A stretch of 64,000 bases of DNA from Phoronis australis. Its lineage: Eukaryota > Animalia > Phoronida. Every line of letters starts with the position of its first letter. Position 1 is the stretch's first letter. Positions 50,243-64,000 of this stretch are shown here, piece after piece. A model generated the notes under the pieces. That model did no database searches and was not told the DNA's origin. It saw only the letters and a program-made list of their open reading frames with translations. Location of the stretch: contig NMRA01000127.1 of assembly GCA_002633005.1 (NCBI GenBank), forward strand, positions 318,438-382,437. The letters run 5' to 3'. Both the position numbers and the translations under genes were made by a program.

Positions 50243-50512
50243 TGTCGTAATTGTTGAGATTACCGAAACCAGGAATCGAGCAAGCAACCCCAATAAAACC
50301 GGCAAGCCTGCAAACCATTCAGCTTATAGGCAATTTCCCGTTAGCGAGTGGCTAACAGAGATCACATGATTCACCGAAAGCAAGTGTACAACATTCACCC
50401 CTTTCCTACGGACAGGCGCATTACCAGCAAGGTGAACACCATATTGGCTCACATACAGGTTATCAAATTCCCTTGGTATCTTTACCAGCATAACACAGGC
50501 GAACGCATGGTC
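50243..50512 (-). mobile_element. Diverged, truncated copy of the tRNA-LTR TRIM family (3' LTR, PPT and part of the internal region)
   Basis: Aligns by eye with 9406-9680: ataaaaccggcaagc...aaccattcagct.ataggcaatt.cccgttagcgagt.gctaacagag...tacaacattc.ccc.tttcctacgga...aaggtgaacacca...catacaggt...cccttggta.ctttacca.ca.aacacagg. Confidence 0.8.
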
Positions 50513-50936
50513 ACACAATGCAATGTTTAGCCCTCATGGTAAATACTTCTGGCTGCCCAAGTGTTCAAAAGTATGCAAGAATATGAAACATAAAAAAACG
50601 CACACGGAAATTCCCTTCGGAATATCTAACCCAATGAAGAAGTCATATTACGTGAATTCCATCCATTTTTCAAAATCAAGTTATCACAGAAAACCAGGGA
50701 CAGGCCAAATTGGTCTTTACTCCTGTCCTGCCTTGCCCACGGGAACTTATCTCGAGTTTTTTCAGCACACTCATGATCGTAGACATAGCCGTAGGGCTGC
50801 AATTGCTGAAACTGAAAAGATCGAAATACGCTCTGGTGTTTGCCCTGGATACCAGTGATTGGAAGTGAAGGGGAAACACTTGAGACAGTGATCACATTTA
50901 AGAGACATTATGTGTACCAGCATTCAACTCACTTAC

Positions 50937-51025
50937 ACGCCAAGCTAAATACGTTTTGGGAAGTAAAAGAACGAGTTGTGGGCGGAATCCTAACTTCTAC
51001 TTCCGCGAATCCGCCATTTTAGTTC
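50937..51025 (-). promoter_or_regulatory. Probable non-coding first exon/promoter of the VAMP7-like gene
   Basis: The minus strand reads AAAATGGCGG (YY1-type motif) and CGGAAGT (ETS-type), followed by the donor GCGT|GTAAGT at 50936. The VAMP7 ATG exon has an acceptor TTTTCAG at 48854 that needs an upstream exon. Confidence 0.55.
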
Positions 51026-54000
51026 CGAAAAACAGAGCCAATGTTTTTTCCCCCAAGCTCACTTTTTGCTTTATGAGTTTAATACAACTAATTAAAGTAA
51101 AAGAAGAGATATGATCGACTTAAAATGACAACATGCTGAGAATAAAAGTTCGTTTCTTCTCTTTTTTGACATTTTAGAATTGCAGTGAAAATAACGTGAG
51201 TGTTATTTATTTGGCACGGTTTGATTCTTCACGCTCGATCTCGTATTCCAAACGAGAAATTGGTCAACAAGCACAGATTGGAAGATTCAACAAAGACAAG
51301 TAAGGTTTGTGTCTCAATGTTATCGTTTAACACTCTTGATTAGGACCGTTCCCCGGCTCAAAATTTCATGGGAGAAAAGGTGTCTTATGATCTATGTAGA
51401 GAAGTGTCAAAAATCCCGTCAACGTCTTAGAACAAAATTTCACAAAAGTTTTAGAATGTTCGTCTGCCACCGTGACTGAATCGTGAATGGGATTTCAACC
51501 AAAGGCTGTCGAGATGTCGACAAGTTGTCATTTATTTCGTAGTTTAACTCTAGAATTAACCAATTTTTACATCATTCTCACTGTTTTATCTTCATTTGTC
51601 TTCGTGAATACCGTTTCTTCACCTTACCATTTACTAAAGACGGGGTTTTGGCATTCACTGGGTTTCGGACCACCCCTCTCAATACCATAGACTCGTCCTC
51701 TTTTCTCCGTCTTCACCTTTTGCCGGTCAGATGAGTTTGCAAATGCAAGTGTTGTAAACAACAAAAACTTTTTATTGTCATTTCAGTTTAACTTTCTTAG
51801 GCCTTGGAACTGTTCAAAGTTGTGTAGGGAATGTGCATTGTTTGGGCAGATTATTTTTTTTAATAAAGTGGCTATTTTATGAGTTGTCATTAGTTTTTGT
51901 TTGGGGAGGTTTCTAATGTTAAAATTAAATTGATTAAGGCTAATTTTGAGTTTGATTTGACATGTAATAAAATTGTTTTATTTTGTATTGTTTAGTTAGT
52001 TTTATGTCAATCAGTTAACATTATGCTAAAATTCTCATTGAATTTGCTTTACGTATATATCTACATAAAGTTAACGCAAATGCAGGGGGAAAAATTTAGT
52101 TAGCATTTGAGAAATTGAGTTCTTACCATGGTTCATACCCTGAAAAACAGCAATCAAGTTCAAATGGGGAAACAGAATTTACTTTTACATGTAGTAGAGT
52201 GCTCAACACCTAGCTTGATGCCAAGTCACATTTGGCGACTTTGCGAAAATCCCTGGTCTCCAAACAAAATCTGAGGTCGCCAAAACTGACGTCGAAATCA
52301 TCGGCCACGAAAAAAAATGTGCCGCTCTCAGAAACTTTCGCATACCTCTTCAATTTCCCCGGTAAATAATATGTACCATTCAATCTCTAACTTAATTCCT
52401 CCTGCCAACGAAGATAGAACAGTCGATTGAATACAATGGTGATGTAATTTAAGCGCATCTTTGATGTGTGCTGACTGCTGTGATGGCAAATGCTCTAATT
52501 TCACGAGAGAAACAGTTCTGAACCAAAGACTTTAAACCTAAGAAATCTGTTAGCAATTTAAAGTTTGGAAGTTGATTAAAAACTTTGAAACAAATTTTGT
52601 CGGAATTATTATATATGACTTTGATACTGACAGTTGCAACTTCGTGGCAACAGGATTATTTTCAGGTTGCCAAACACAATCGTCAAATTTGTCATGGTAA
52701 TGCAGTTTTTCTGGGTTTTTTTTCTGAAGATGCTTTTAGATTAATGATGAAAAATTGACCATGATCTTGGTTTGTATCATAACTGATAATCTGACATATT
52801 TGTTATGACATCACCATTTTAGTTTAAGCTGTGGGTATTATTGAAGAATTAAAATTTGAATGGTTAAGATGAAACGCAGCACTACCTGGTGACTTAAAAG
52901 TGTCTATAAACCAATATTCTGTCCAAAAAGCTGACTTTTGGTTAAGACAAGTTACTGCCATAAAATTGGTCTCAACGTTTTCCTTGCTCTCATGAGAGTT
53001 TTCTTTTAACTTGCAAAGTACTGACAGTTTGTTATTCGTTGAAACCATGCTCTTGGAAGATAAAATGAGACGCTGTAACAACAAGCCAACTTGCTGAAGT
53101 CTTGATTTCAAGTAATGACGAACTGCGGATACGTTCGAAGCCTTGGAATCATCTCCAAATTGAATAAATAATAATATTATTTGATACTCGTTTCATAATG
53201 GACAGTGGTCTAAATCAACATTTCTTTTTGGTTTATATTGTAAAAATGAAATTGTGTAAGATTGGGACTTGGGCGTTTGTCAAACAGAAGCATTAAGTTT
53301 AATGGGTACGGTTAGGGTAAAATCTTACAAATTTCAGACAAAAATAATTGTCTGAAAATCACCTTTTTCATTTTCCAAAAGCTTTTAACATTATTGTGAA
53401 TCCCTACACCTTTTCAAAACTTTGTCAGATAGTAGCTGCCATATAAAACTTGAACATGGAAAAGCATTTAATTTGGTACTGCATATGTTGCATGGAAAAA
53501 TAATCAAATAAAATTTCACTTGTTGGCCATGTTGTGTCCTCAATTAAGAAGGTTTTTCTGTATTTTGATTGGGGTTATATTAGAGCTGAAGATCTTGGCA
53601 TATGGGCCTGTCAAAATTCACTAGGTGAGATAGCAGTGATATTAGTGCATGGATTCATATTGAGTCGCCACCTGCAGCCCTCAGTCACACCACTTGTTGA
53701 TGAACTACTGTCTGCCCTCAGCCTACTCAGTTTTTGTAGGACCCTAGAAAATAACCAAATTTTGCTAACTTAGGAACAACATACATAAGAAATGAAAAAT
53801 CGGATTCATCTGGAACTTTCAGGTGTGCTTTATGCATTGTTCTCTAAAATGTCTTTAGGAATTGTTGTTTTTGAAATTTCCATTTTGACACGAGGGGCTG
53901 TTAGAAATGGGACTTTTGTGATTGTTATCAGGGAAATCAAAATTGCATAAAATGAAAACGAAATGATATATTATAGAACTGTAGCAGCGTTTTTGCCAGA

Positions 54001-56499
54001 GATTTCACGGTGGACATTTTGTATCGAACGTTACTGTTTTGCTACATCTTCCTTTTTGTACTAAATTTATTAAAAATAAGTGGTCAGGTTAGTGACAGAT
54101 TGGTATGAAGTCAAACATTGAATTGTACAGTCCTTGCCTTTTAGAAAATTTAAACTTTCACTGAGTTAAATTCTATAGTTTTGTTGCTATTTGGCTTAAC
54201 GGTCCTACATAAGCCTATTACCTTTGCTCGTTAAGCACCACCTGGTGAGTATCTTGTCAACTAATGGATTATAACTTTTACAACTTCTCTGACTGTTGAT
54301 ACTGGGCTTTAATGGTTGCAACTGCTTGCAAAGTAAACCTCACTGAGGAAAATCACTGAGGTTTGTAACTGTGCTACAGTTTTCAACCAGTTTGAAAGTA
54401 TTTAGACCAAGAGATAACTTATAAACTGCAATTGGTATGAACAGTACATTACCTTCATTGAATAAGTGAAAGAAATCAATGATGTGATTTATAGGTAACA
54501 TACAGTAGCTACCCATTGAGCAGAAGGCTTGCTTTTTCGACAGGTGATCTAGATAGTTACTGGGCACCAACGTAGCTTGGCAAAGCCTCGTGACATGCTC
54601 AATTTGCCTAAAGTGTGGCATTGAAGCTGAGACTCCTCCACATTTAGGAGGGATTTGCTCTGCCTATCACTGAAAAGCTTCGCAGCCTTATATTTTATGG
54701 ACATATAACGTGCCTGGAGGAAATTGCCAGATCATACAGGTTAAATAGTCTTTCCAATTTCCTGATAAAAACAGGCAAGTTGGAAGACTTCTCCCATGAG
54801 GAAAGCCATGCTGAGAGGTGTCTGAGCTATAAACAGGTGATGGGCCCTGTCGTGTTGCCTAAGCACTTACGGTGTACTGCAAAAAGCACCAGACCACCTG
54901 CCTACCATCTTTTACCTATTTTTAACCAAAAATTCTGTCTAGCGCAAGCTAGTCCTTCTTAAGGTCAGCTGAGTAGGAATTCAGTATGATGGTTGGAAGT
55001 CTAGAGGTACCGTAAAGTTTCCAATACAGTCGGGGGCATTTACTAATTTCAAACTTAAGCTCCAGTCCTGGCCTCTGTTAGAGGCTTTTGTTAGAGACTG
55101 GGATTAATTAATAAGTGGACCTAAACAACAGTGGCAAACAAAAAACACCTTTGTCAGTCGTTCATTCCAAGGGTGTTGTCACTTTAAATTACAAAATATG
55201 ACAGACCTAACTAATATTTCATGAGATCTGGGATTTATTGATTCCAGTGTTCTTGTACCCGGCTTCTATCAGAAGGCTGATGGTATCTGGAGCTAGGTCT
55301 CGTAGCTTACCAGTAGAGATATTGTCGTGATGGAACTCAATAACGTCATCTTTTCTGAATGATTTAGTTGCTTTTTATGCATATTACTACTTAGCCAATC
55401 ACAAACTCCTAAGTGCAGTGGGAGTGTGAAAACCAACATCAGTCTAACCATAAACTTTGTTGGAAATGACGGGGCTAATTAGTAAAGAAAAAAATGCAAT
55501 TTCTTTTATCTACAAAATGTTTTACAACGTTAGCTTATTTGGCCTCTTTGTCATTTGGGCGTCCCAGCTCACTACAATTTTAATTTGATAGCATGATCAT
55601 GGGAAGGAATTAATTATAATTTTGCTCAAGGTCGGAGGATGTCCCAAGTTTTGAAAATAAGTAATGCAGCACTCGAAAAGTACACATTGCTTGGTTTAGC
55701 CAAATGGCGATGGACCGTTTACAAGTGATTGCCAAAAAAGCGACTTGCAAAATGACGCACTTCTCCAGTGTAGACCCGCCACGATTTTGATGACTTGCAT
55801 ATTTCATTTGTGATTGTGTTTGTTGTCTATTAATAAATTAATATGTCTGCTCACCTTTGATTGTTGTCTTTAATCGTCTAACTTATTTCATGCAACAACG
55901 ACACTGAACGGCTCCTGGCGGTTGAAATAAGACAGACGCACACGTTGACAATTCGTTGAGTTGCAGACACTCGAACATAACATCCCAAACACAAAAAACC
56001 TCTGACCTATTTTTTGTCAACCAACTATTTAACTGCTCTCTTACTTCAAAGAACTTCGAAGTTTTTACACACCTTGTTCTAGTCATGCCAACAGACTGTA
56101 CTTCTGCAGCAAGTGACAGCTTGCATGCCCACAGCTCTAAACAGTTGCCATGTGACAATAGTTGAGTTGCTAATCCAAATGGAGCGCTGCGTGGTCACTG
56201 ATCATCTGCGCACTATAGTCGAATCAGCTTTAACAAGGGCGGCTCTGGAAATTTTTATTGCTATTTGGTAACACGTTGGAATATCTAGTCACCATTTCCG
56301 CATTTGTTGTTGCCAATGGCGACGAAAAATGGAACTTTCCAAACACTGCAATAATGTTCATCCCAAATTCAATTATTAGGGTAAAATTCTCCCGTTTGGG
56401 GCAATGAAAAATTTATTACTTTACTCTTGGTCTGAGCATGTACAGAGTTTTAGAAATAGGCAATATTGGTTGTCCCAAATTCAAGAATTATGCGAAAAG

Positions 56500-56945
56500 A
56501 ATTTTGGATTGGCTGCTATTTTGATGATTTTATATCCGTCTTTGTTGATACAAGATGCAGTATCAAATATTTGAGAGATATAGTGAATGTCAGAATTATC
56601 CGTGTCCCAGTCTTCAGAATAAAGAAAAATCAACTTTGGCTTAAAATTCAGTGTCCCAAAGTTTAGAGACTGTCCAAAGTGGAGAATTTTAGGTTTGATC
56701 AATGACAAATAATCATTCACCTCAATGATGCACACTATGGGAAGACATGAACATGGAAACGTTGAATTGGTGGCTATTTTGCGATATTTCTTGTAAACTG
56801 CCAAGTCTGCAAATCCGAGACAACACAGTGTCTGATATTTGAGAAATAGGATGAATGTCAATCTTCAGAATGAACAATATTCAACACTATAGCTTGAATT
56901 AGGGTATCCCACATTTTAAAGAGTTCCCAAGCTGGAGAATTTTTA
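56500..56945. repeat. Diverged tandem duplication, about 260-bp unit x2
   Basis: ttgg.tgctattttg...atattt(t)gaga.ata...tgaatgtca...tcttcagaat...ccaaa.tggagaatttt is repeated. Confidence 0.65.
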
Positions 56946-58627
56946 CCGTAATGCTATTTAGATATTACGCATAACAACCTCAGCAGTTACTGCTGTCAGT
57001 TTTTGACGCTGACTAAGAATGTTACCATATGTCATGATATTGTCTTACACTATTCAGATTACTTTCATGGTGTTGTTGTTCAAGGACATTGTAATCACTG
57101 CTTCACCCCTGTTCTTGCTTTGAGTTTTTTCAAAAAGGGTCTTAGTTGTAGAAATGATAGAATGTAAACTCATGGGCAATGTGTGACAGCCTATTTATGT
57201 TTTAACATACAAGGTATGTTTTGTTTAAAATGGAATGGTGTAAATAATTTAAAATCGTTTTTGTCAAATGCTGCTGATTCACATATAATTTAAAAGCTTT
57301 TCTGTTCACAAGACAAACTAACATTGCTTAGTTGTTTTAGTGGAGTTGAATATTAAGTGCCAATTGTTAGACAGAATGTTATGCACTGCATGTATTTGCA
57401 TTATGCAATTACATTCAGCAGGTGAATGTGAGCTTTCTTTTTTAAATTGAAAAAAGTACTATACTTGTAACGCTTTGAAACATTCTCGCTAAAATGGTTT
57501 GCTTTTAAACGACAAATTTAATTTTTTAGCTAAAAATATTTATTTGTATAATGTACTATTCCATAGCTGGATTCTTGGAATCCTAAAAAGTGTCATATTT
57601 TTAGAAATTCAAGTTAATGTTAGTTAATGATTAGCAACAGTCAGTGAGTAGATAAGTTTTCACTTACGATCTAAATCAAATCAGCTTTTTGTCTCACTGG
57701 TATTAGGAATTTGGATTACGGAGGAAAGAAAGGTATGCAGTGATACATCAACTGTATCTGCTCATATTTGGAATATGCCCTTATAGCATTTTGAGTAAGC
57801 TTTGGCGGTATTTGCCGGATCATGAAGATGTATTGCAGAATTGTTGGCTGGGCTCATTGAGTAAAAATTACTGAAAATTGCCTAGACCTTGAATCAGTCT
57901 TGAGTTGATGCATGTCTTTCTGGTATAGTGTGCCTGTTTTGATTTATTTTAGTAATTGCTTTTGTGTCTCAGTTGAGTTTATGCATTGGTTAAGCTTTTA
58001 ACTTTTAAGCGGCCATGCTCGGTACAAAATTTTGCTCAAAAATCCTGCAAACTTAACAATTTCTAAAATTTGATTTAAAGAAATGCGCTGTGAAACCAAG
58101 TGGCTTATAACTCATACAAACAGGATTATTCATGTGCCTGTATCCTTGCACATGTACAAAGGACCTCACCAGTGCCTGTAAGTGAAATTGAGGCGCTTGT
58201 GCTTTTGTGCGAAACACTTAATAATTTCTTTGAAAAAATGCATTATTTCGGATGTAGACACGGCCTAAATACGCACATATACTGTATGTTTTTTTGGTCT
58301 TAAGAGTAGTCACTAACTGACATTTTATATTGCGAACTGCAATGCTTTTCACAACTGCAAGTCCTAAACTGTTATGCAAAACCCAACAAACGCAATGGAA
58401 GCATGTGGTGGCTGAAATTCTCTTCGCTGCAGCTGTACTTGAAGTTGTTCTTGATTTGTGCATATTTACTTGCTTTATCACCTGGAGTCTGTTTGTTGAA
58501 GACTTCTCATTGCTTTTGTCTTTTGACTTTAGCCAAAAGTCAGATATCTGACCATGAATAGCCAAAAGTTGATTCTTCATGTTGGCTCTAATGGCTTTGC
58601 TCCTGAGCAGGCTATGGGTTTCTGTCT

Positions 58628-59420
58628 TCTTTATGTTCCCACATATTTATATGTGGGTACATATTGCCGTCATCTCTGTCTGGGCGTCCGGCGTCCGCAG
58701 CTGTATCTCCTAAACCCCTTGCAGGATCTTATTTGGCAGGTGTGTTTCTATGGGGGTGATGACAGAGGGCAACAAGTTTTGGACCAACCCGAATACTGCT
58801 GTGCCCCCTAGTGGCAATTTTAGGTTTTTACGTTTGCCTCTGTATCTTCAAAGGTCCTCAACTGATTTTCATGAAAGTTGGCACATAGGCATCTATTAAC
58901 GAGGTGACACTATCCTCCCATTTTCGCATGGATTTGAGGCATTTTGGGCCATCTAGTGGCCATTTTTACTATTTTAGAGTCCAATTTGTACTATTTTCGA
59001 GTCCGATTTTTGGTGTCCGCCCCTCTGTCAGCCAAACCGCTCTAAGGATGATTGTGAAAATTGGCTTATATTTTGTTAGTGTGAAGAGGACTGTTGACGA
59101 TGATTTTCCAGCTTCAATTACTGTGGCGCCTCCTAGTGACAATATTTAGCGCCCTTTGCTGTATTTCCTGAGCCCTCTACAGAATGCTATCAAATGCAAG
59201 TGTATTTATATCATGTTGACAACAAAAAGCAACAGCTTTCAGACGGATCCGATGAACGCTTTGTCCCTAGTGCCAATTTCATTTTTTGGTTTTGCTAAAG
59301 TTTCTTGACGAATTGTCATGAAATGTGGTAAATAGCTTTCTGTTAAAAAACGGTGACATTTTCCAGTGTTTTGATGGATTCGAAATATTTTGTACTATCT
59401 AGTGGCCATTTGTGGGTGCA
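58628..59420 (+). mobile_element. Helentron-associated (HINE/DINE-1/pearl-like) non-autonomous repeat with internal about 150-bp subrepeats
   Basis: 5' tttatgttCCCACATatttatATGTGGG hairpin, then (gcgtccg)n microsatellite-like sequence, then subrepeats containing ttttcatgaaa.ttggc and ...ctagtggc. A related copy lies at about 63270-63880. Confidence 0.55.
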
Positions 59421-62400
59421 TTTCAATGCTCCACGTTGCTCTTGTTTGGCTTTGTGTTGTCAGTTAACAGATGTTCTGACTTTTAACCTAGACTGATTTC
59501 CTGAAACAGTCCACAGACTTATTTTTAACCAAACGACAAAAGAAAATAGTTGCTTTAAGAATCAGCTCAGAGATGATTTTAAACTGGAAATTGCAGGCTA
59601 ATTACTTATTTCTGTGATTGTGCTTGGGCAAATTAGTTAGAAACACAACCTATAGCAACCATGTGAATATGAAGTAGCTTGAAAATTTGACCGTGGCAAA
59701 TGACTGAACCATGTCTAGTAAGTATGTGGTGTTGTGGTGCTGGAGAATAACACTGTATTATGCGGGCTATGTGGGCCCGCGAAGTAGGTCATTAGTTCAA
59801 AGGTCATCTGTTTGCAGAATTTTTTGTTTTCACATTTACATATTGTCAATGAATACAATTGCACTTTGTTTGGCATAGATTATGTTGAAATAGCATTGTT
59901 GTTTAGTTCCTGCTATACATTAGCATGGCTAGGAGCATGCAAATACATGTTTAAACAGTAATGGCTAGTTGTTTTTAAGCCTGATTTAAGTCCATGGTGG
60001 TTGCTCTTTTTTCAAACGTGACGCCACTGGTGGTAAACATGCCTGGTGACTCGTTCAGACAAATTGAGGAGAACACTGAATTGTACTTCTTTTCTCAAGA
60101 CCACGAATTCTCGACGAATTAGGAGATGTGAAAATAAACTTCCCGTCTCCAGGTAACGCCACATAAATATTGTGAAAGCACAGGTTGCAAAATCTCATCT
60201 ACTCAATTTTTGATTTACTTTAGCCAAATTTGTTTCTGATAGCTGCTAGCCTGCTATTAGACATCTTGTGTTTACTCTTTGGTTATTGCTGTAATTTATA
60301 AAGCTGCCTATTCAAAAGAAATTCTTTCCTTGACAGAGTGAGTCTACTGATAAAGTTCAAGTCATCCCTGGTAGTGAATTATTGAACCAAGAGACTACAA
60401 AGTGACCAGCGTAGCACAAAGCGACCAGCTTTTTATCTCTCTCATCACCACCTCTGTGCTCCAGGTAACTTATTGTTTGACTTCTTGTCTGCGAATTAGG
60501 AACTTGGTTTTAATGTGTCATCTTTGTCTGTTTAATACTGTAGTGTTTGCCGTGTCACCTCACAATTCCTTTAGTTTTGTTTTAGTTAGGTTGTTATAGC
60601 TACAGGTATCCTGTTCTTAAAGGACACCCTGGTATCCTGTTTTCAAAAATGGTGAAATACGTTTTAGCAAACATAAAAGTCTGTTTTTTGTGTTTTGTGA
60701 ATCGGCAAATTAGATTTTAACTACACCAAAGTAATATACAACCTACATTTTTTTGGGGGGGGAGGTTGGGTTACTCTTTCTGGTGTATTTATGCTGCAGC
60801 TATGTTTTACTTATAATTTGCTCCACTCCATGATTATTGATTCTCAAAACCAAAAAAGAACAATGACACCTTCAGAAAGAAGAACAACTACTTGAAAATG
60901 TCCATTATAAAACGTTTGATTTTTGGCATGGTTTGATCACGGCTAACGAATTTGATGGATTGTGTTCATAATTTTTAGTAATGATGGGGTGAAATACATT
61001 AGAATTACCCTATCTATTACTGAAAAATGTAAATTCCCTGTGAAACCTCCAATGCTGTTGAAGTCAGATTCCGTGCATTCGGTCCGTTTTCGGTTATTAC
61101 CAAAAATCTGTGTCATTTGTTCAAAACTGTTCTCCAAGCTTTACAGTGCTAATAACCCCGCCTAATCATATAAATTGATATAACTTCCATTTTTACAGTT
61201 TGTTCAATTAGCCATCAGAGTTATCTTTTCCAGCTGAGGCACTAAATGTATCATTTCTGTAGTATTTGCTGGCCATACCAATGCAATGCTGACAGAACAA
61301 TTTAACAGCTGATGCAAAAAAGATACTGTAATACTGTTTACAAAATTAATACTCTGAACACTGAGGCCTGGTCTACTATGCTAATAGACAATCCAGGGTA
61401 TGTTTTCAGGAGATTATTTCAGTGCCTGTACCATTGCGCGTCATAGACCAACCCATTAGGTGGGCATTACTGAAGACTGTAATTCTTATGGAGTAGGGAT
61501 GTTGAGTATTAAAAGAGATGAGATTTCTACCACTATTCATTGAAATGATCAATATCGCTAAACGTACATGAAATATTAATTAGATCAGTTGATATTGTGA
61601 ATGGTGTGTGTATCTAACCATGTGTCGATAAATGTTAGTCAAAACCATGCCTTTTGCTGTTTGGCAGAACGTGACAAAGGGCGTAAAAAAATCTGTTCAT
61701 CGGGTTTAGAATCTGGGCGTTTCATTTTCCGGAATAACGTTGCTAAGGACTAAAAGGTTGTTCGTGTTGACTTGTTATAAGTCTGAAATAGAAGTAACAG
61801 GAAACATGTGCATTAACATTGCAGGTTAGAGAAAAAATAAAGTTCACTCTTTGAAGACATAATTGACCTAGATTTTTATGTGATTTATAATATTAATTAA
61901 AACTTGTAATGGTATTTAAAGTGCAACCATCCAACCTCCTCCCAGCTGTTATCGCAGCCTTAGTGTGTTAATATCGGACACGTTGCTGACATCACGGACG
62001 GACTAAGTTATAAGTAAGTCGGATACCCATATCGTTTTGATGAATGGCTAATGCAGGTTCTCGGCGGGTAACTGAAAAAGTCAAGCAGGTATCCAGATTG
62101 TAGGGACTGCTCTCACAGCTGCCTCAGACACACATTGAAAGTAAAATCAAAGTTGTTGTCTGTTCATGATGTCAGGCGGCGTGCATCTGCTGGGTTGAGA
62201 GTATTACTTGTGAGGTGTCGCGTTCGTCTGAGATGGTTTGCGAGTCATGCACATGACTTCTCAACTCATTGCTTACCGATGTTTAATTTTAATCCTACCC
62301 CTTGATGACATGATTGCGCCGCCAACTAAATATCTACAAACCCATAGATTTCTAGTCAGTAAAATGTACATTTTCTAAAAGCAAAAAGTCAGTAGAATTC

Positions 62401-63269
62401 GACTTTTTACTTTTTACCAGTCAATTATTAGTCTAAATATGCAACCATGAAAAGTTAGCAAAGAAAGAAAAGTACATTGATAGGTAACCAATCAATATCA
62501 TGGCCAACTTTTTTGCGTAAATGTTCAAGATGAAATCTCAATGTTGTTACGGTCTTCTAATACTCGTTTTCGTTATGAGTTTTTTCATGAAAGTCTTACC
62601 TTTTGATTGCCTCAGATGCAAAAGTGGAACGTGTTAAAAACAGTTTCTAACGTTGTTTTGGAGAACGGTGCATAAAGCATAGTATGTGAAAGTTTCATGT
62701 GAATCCGATCCGTCATTTCCCAGATATGATGTTCAAAATTAACGGATTCCTACATATCCTTAAAAGAACTTGGAGTAGCTTATGTTCCCTAACAATGTTG
62801 TGTCAAATGCTTTATTAACATGCGCATCTCACATGACTGCCATTTTTCTGATATGATGAGCTGGAGTTATAGAAATAATGCAGAGAGCGAAGTAGGTTCC
62901 TGAACTTTGGACCAGCACTTGAGATTTTGTATGATTTTTTTATCACGTGAAGCAAAAGTTTTCGCTATTCAATTTGTGGCTGGTTTGTCACATAAATTTA
63001 TTTGAAATGTATTACTTTATCAAGTGCTATCAGTCTGACAGTGTAAGTTTTGTCATTGATTTTCATTCTTGGATTTCCGCATGATGAAAAAATCATGAGT
63101 GTTTACCATGTATAAATAGCATTTAACCTAGACAACACCATTTTATGTCTGCCTTGTCGTAATGGTAATTATTACTTTGTGAGATTAAAAAAATCAGTTT
63201 TGTTCCATTACTTGTGTGTTTGACATGAAATTTACACACAATATTGAAAGTTACTACTATTATTTTGGG

Positions 63270-63880
63270 CTGCAATTGGACAGATTGTGGCACAGTGGCA
63301 GCCATTTTTGTGCACTCATGTCATACATATATGGGTGCACATTGCCATCTGGACGTCTTTCGGACTGATCTGGCAACCTCTCTGCCCCCTAGTGGCAATC
63401 GTTTTTGTACGTTTACCTTGGTATATTCAGATTTCTTCGATAGGTTTCATGAAATTTGGCACATGACGACGTGTTGACACTTAAGGATGAACTCAGCATT
63501 CTGCATCAGCTAGTTACAATTTTTGTCGTTACTGAGGCTGTTTTTGGTGTGCGTCCTCTGTCTACCAGTTACCGCTCCACGGATCAGTATGAATATTAGC
63601 AGAAATGTTCCTACTGAGGTGACCAAGTCTGATGTTGGTTTTCGGACAATCTGTGTACTTTGTCGCCTCCTAGTGGCTTTTTATGTGTTCGCAGCTGTCT
63701 TTGCTTGCCCTTTTTTCATGATCTTTATGAATTTGGTATGTTTTTTTATGACTATGATAACGGATGACGGTGACTTTCGGACAGATCTGACTACTGCTGT
63801 GCCTCCCCAGTGGCCATTGAAATTTAGTTTTTACATTTACCTTCGATTTCCTTCACAGAATTTCACGAGATGTGGCAAAT
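63270..63880 (+). repeat. Second copy of the HINE-like subrepeat array
   Basis: Units containing tttcggac.gatctg, gccccctagtggc and ttcatgaaatttggcac. Confidence 0.55.
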
Positions 63881-64000
63881 AAACATCAACTTTCTAGTTT
63901 CCGAGAGGTGAAAAATATTCCTCATTGTTGACGGTGAGTTAGCGTTGTCCTCAGAGTGTTGGAAGTCATTGTCTTTGTTGGTGTTGCTAACATTATAGTT

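Noticed and set aside
51300-64000. Numerous 60-126 aa ORFs
   Set aside because: They are F/L/C/I-rich translations typical of AT-rich intronic or repeat DNA, with no domains and no spliceable coding chain.

Overview
This is intron-rich, AT-rich eukaryotic DNA, probably from a lophotrochozoan invertebrate such as a mollusc (inferred from repeat types and gene architecture). Almost all ORFs in the supplied track are spurious or are exon fragments. I could reconstruct three spliced protein-coding genes by hand, with consistent GT-AG sites and phases. (1) A crotonase-fold enoyl-CoA hydratase of the 'GVFCRRxGVPLxDGG' (echA8/PRK08259-like) type on the minus strand, 3197-10309. (2) SEC31, the COPII outer-coat subunit, on the plus strand, 16550-39787, with 25 core coding exons (about 1183 aa). 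(3) A divergent VAMP7-like longin R-SNARE on the minus strand, 44201-48843 (239 aa). A tRNA-Ala(UGC) gene lies at 10508-10579. The most striking non-genic structure is a cluster of miniature LTR retroelements in the long 5' intron of the hydratase. One is an intact 540-bp TRIM whose LTRs carry a tRNA-like Pol III A/B-box promoter, with a tRNA-Ser PBS, a PPT and a 4-bp TSD (Helenus-like). A second, gag-remnant mini-LTR element is nested in an older tRNA-LTR relative. Other points of interest: three in-frame candidate cassette exons just before the SEC31 GWNDPP motif, a Helentron/DINE-like repeat carrying arrays of CTCF-like motifs, a G-U-rich 34-bp hairpin, and several MITEs and minisatellites. 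No prokaryotic systems or CRISPR arrays are present.
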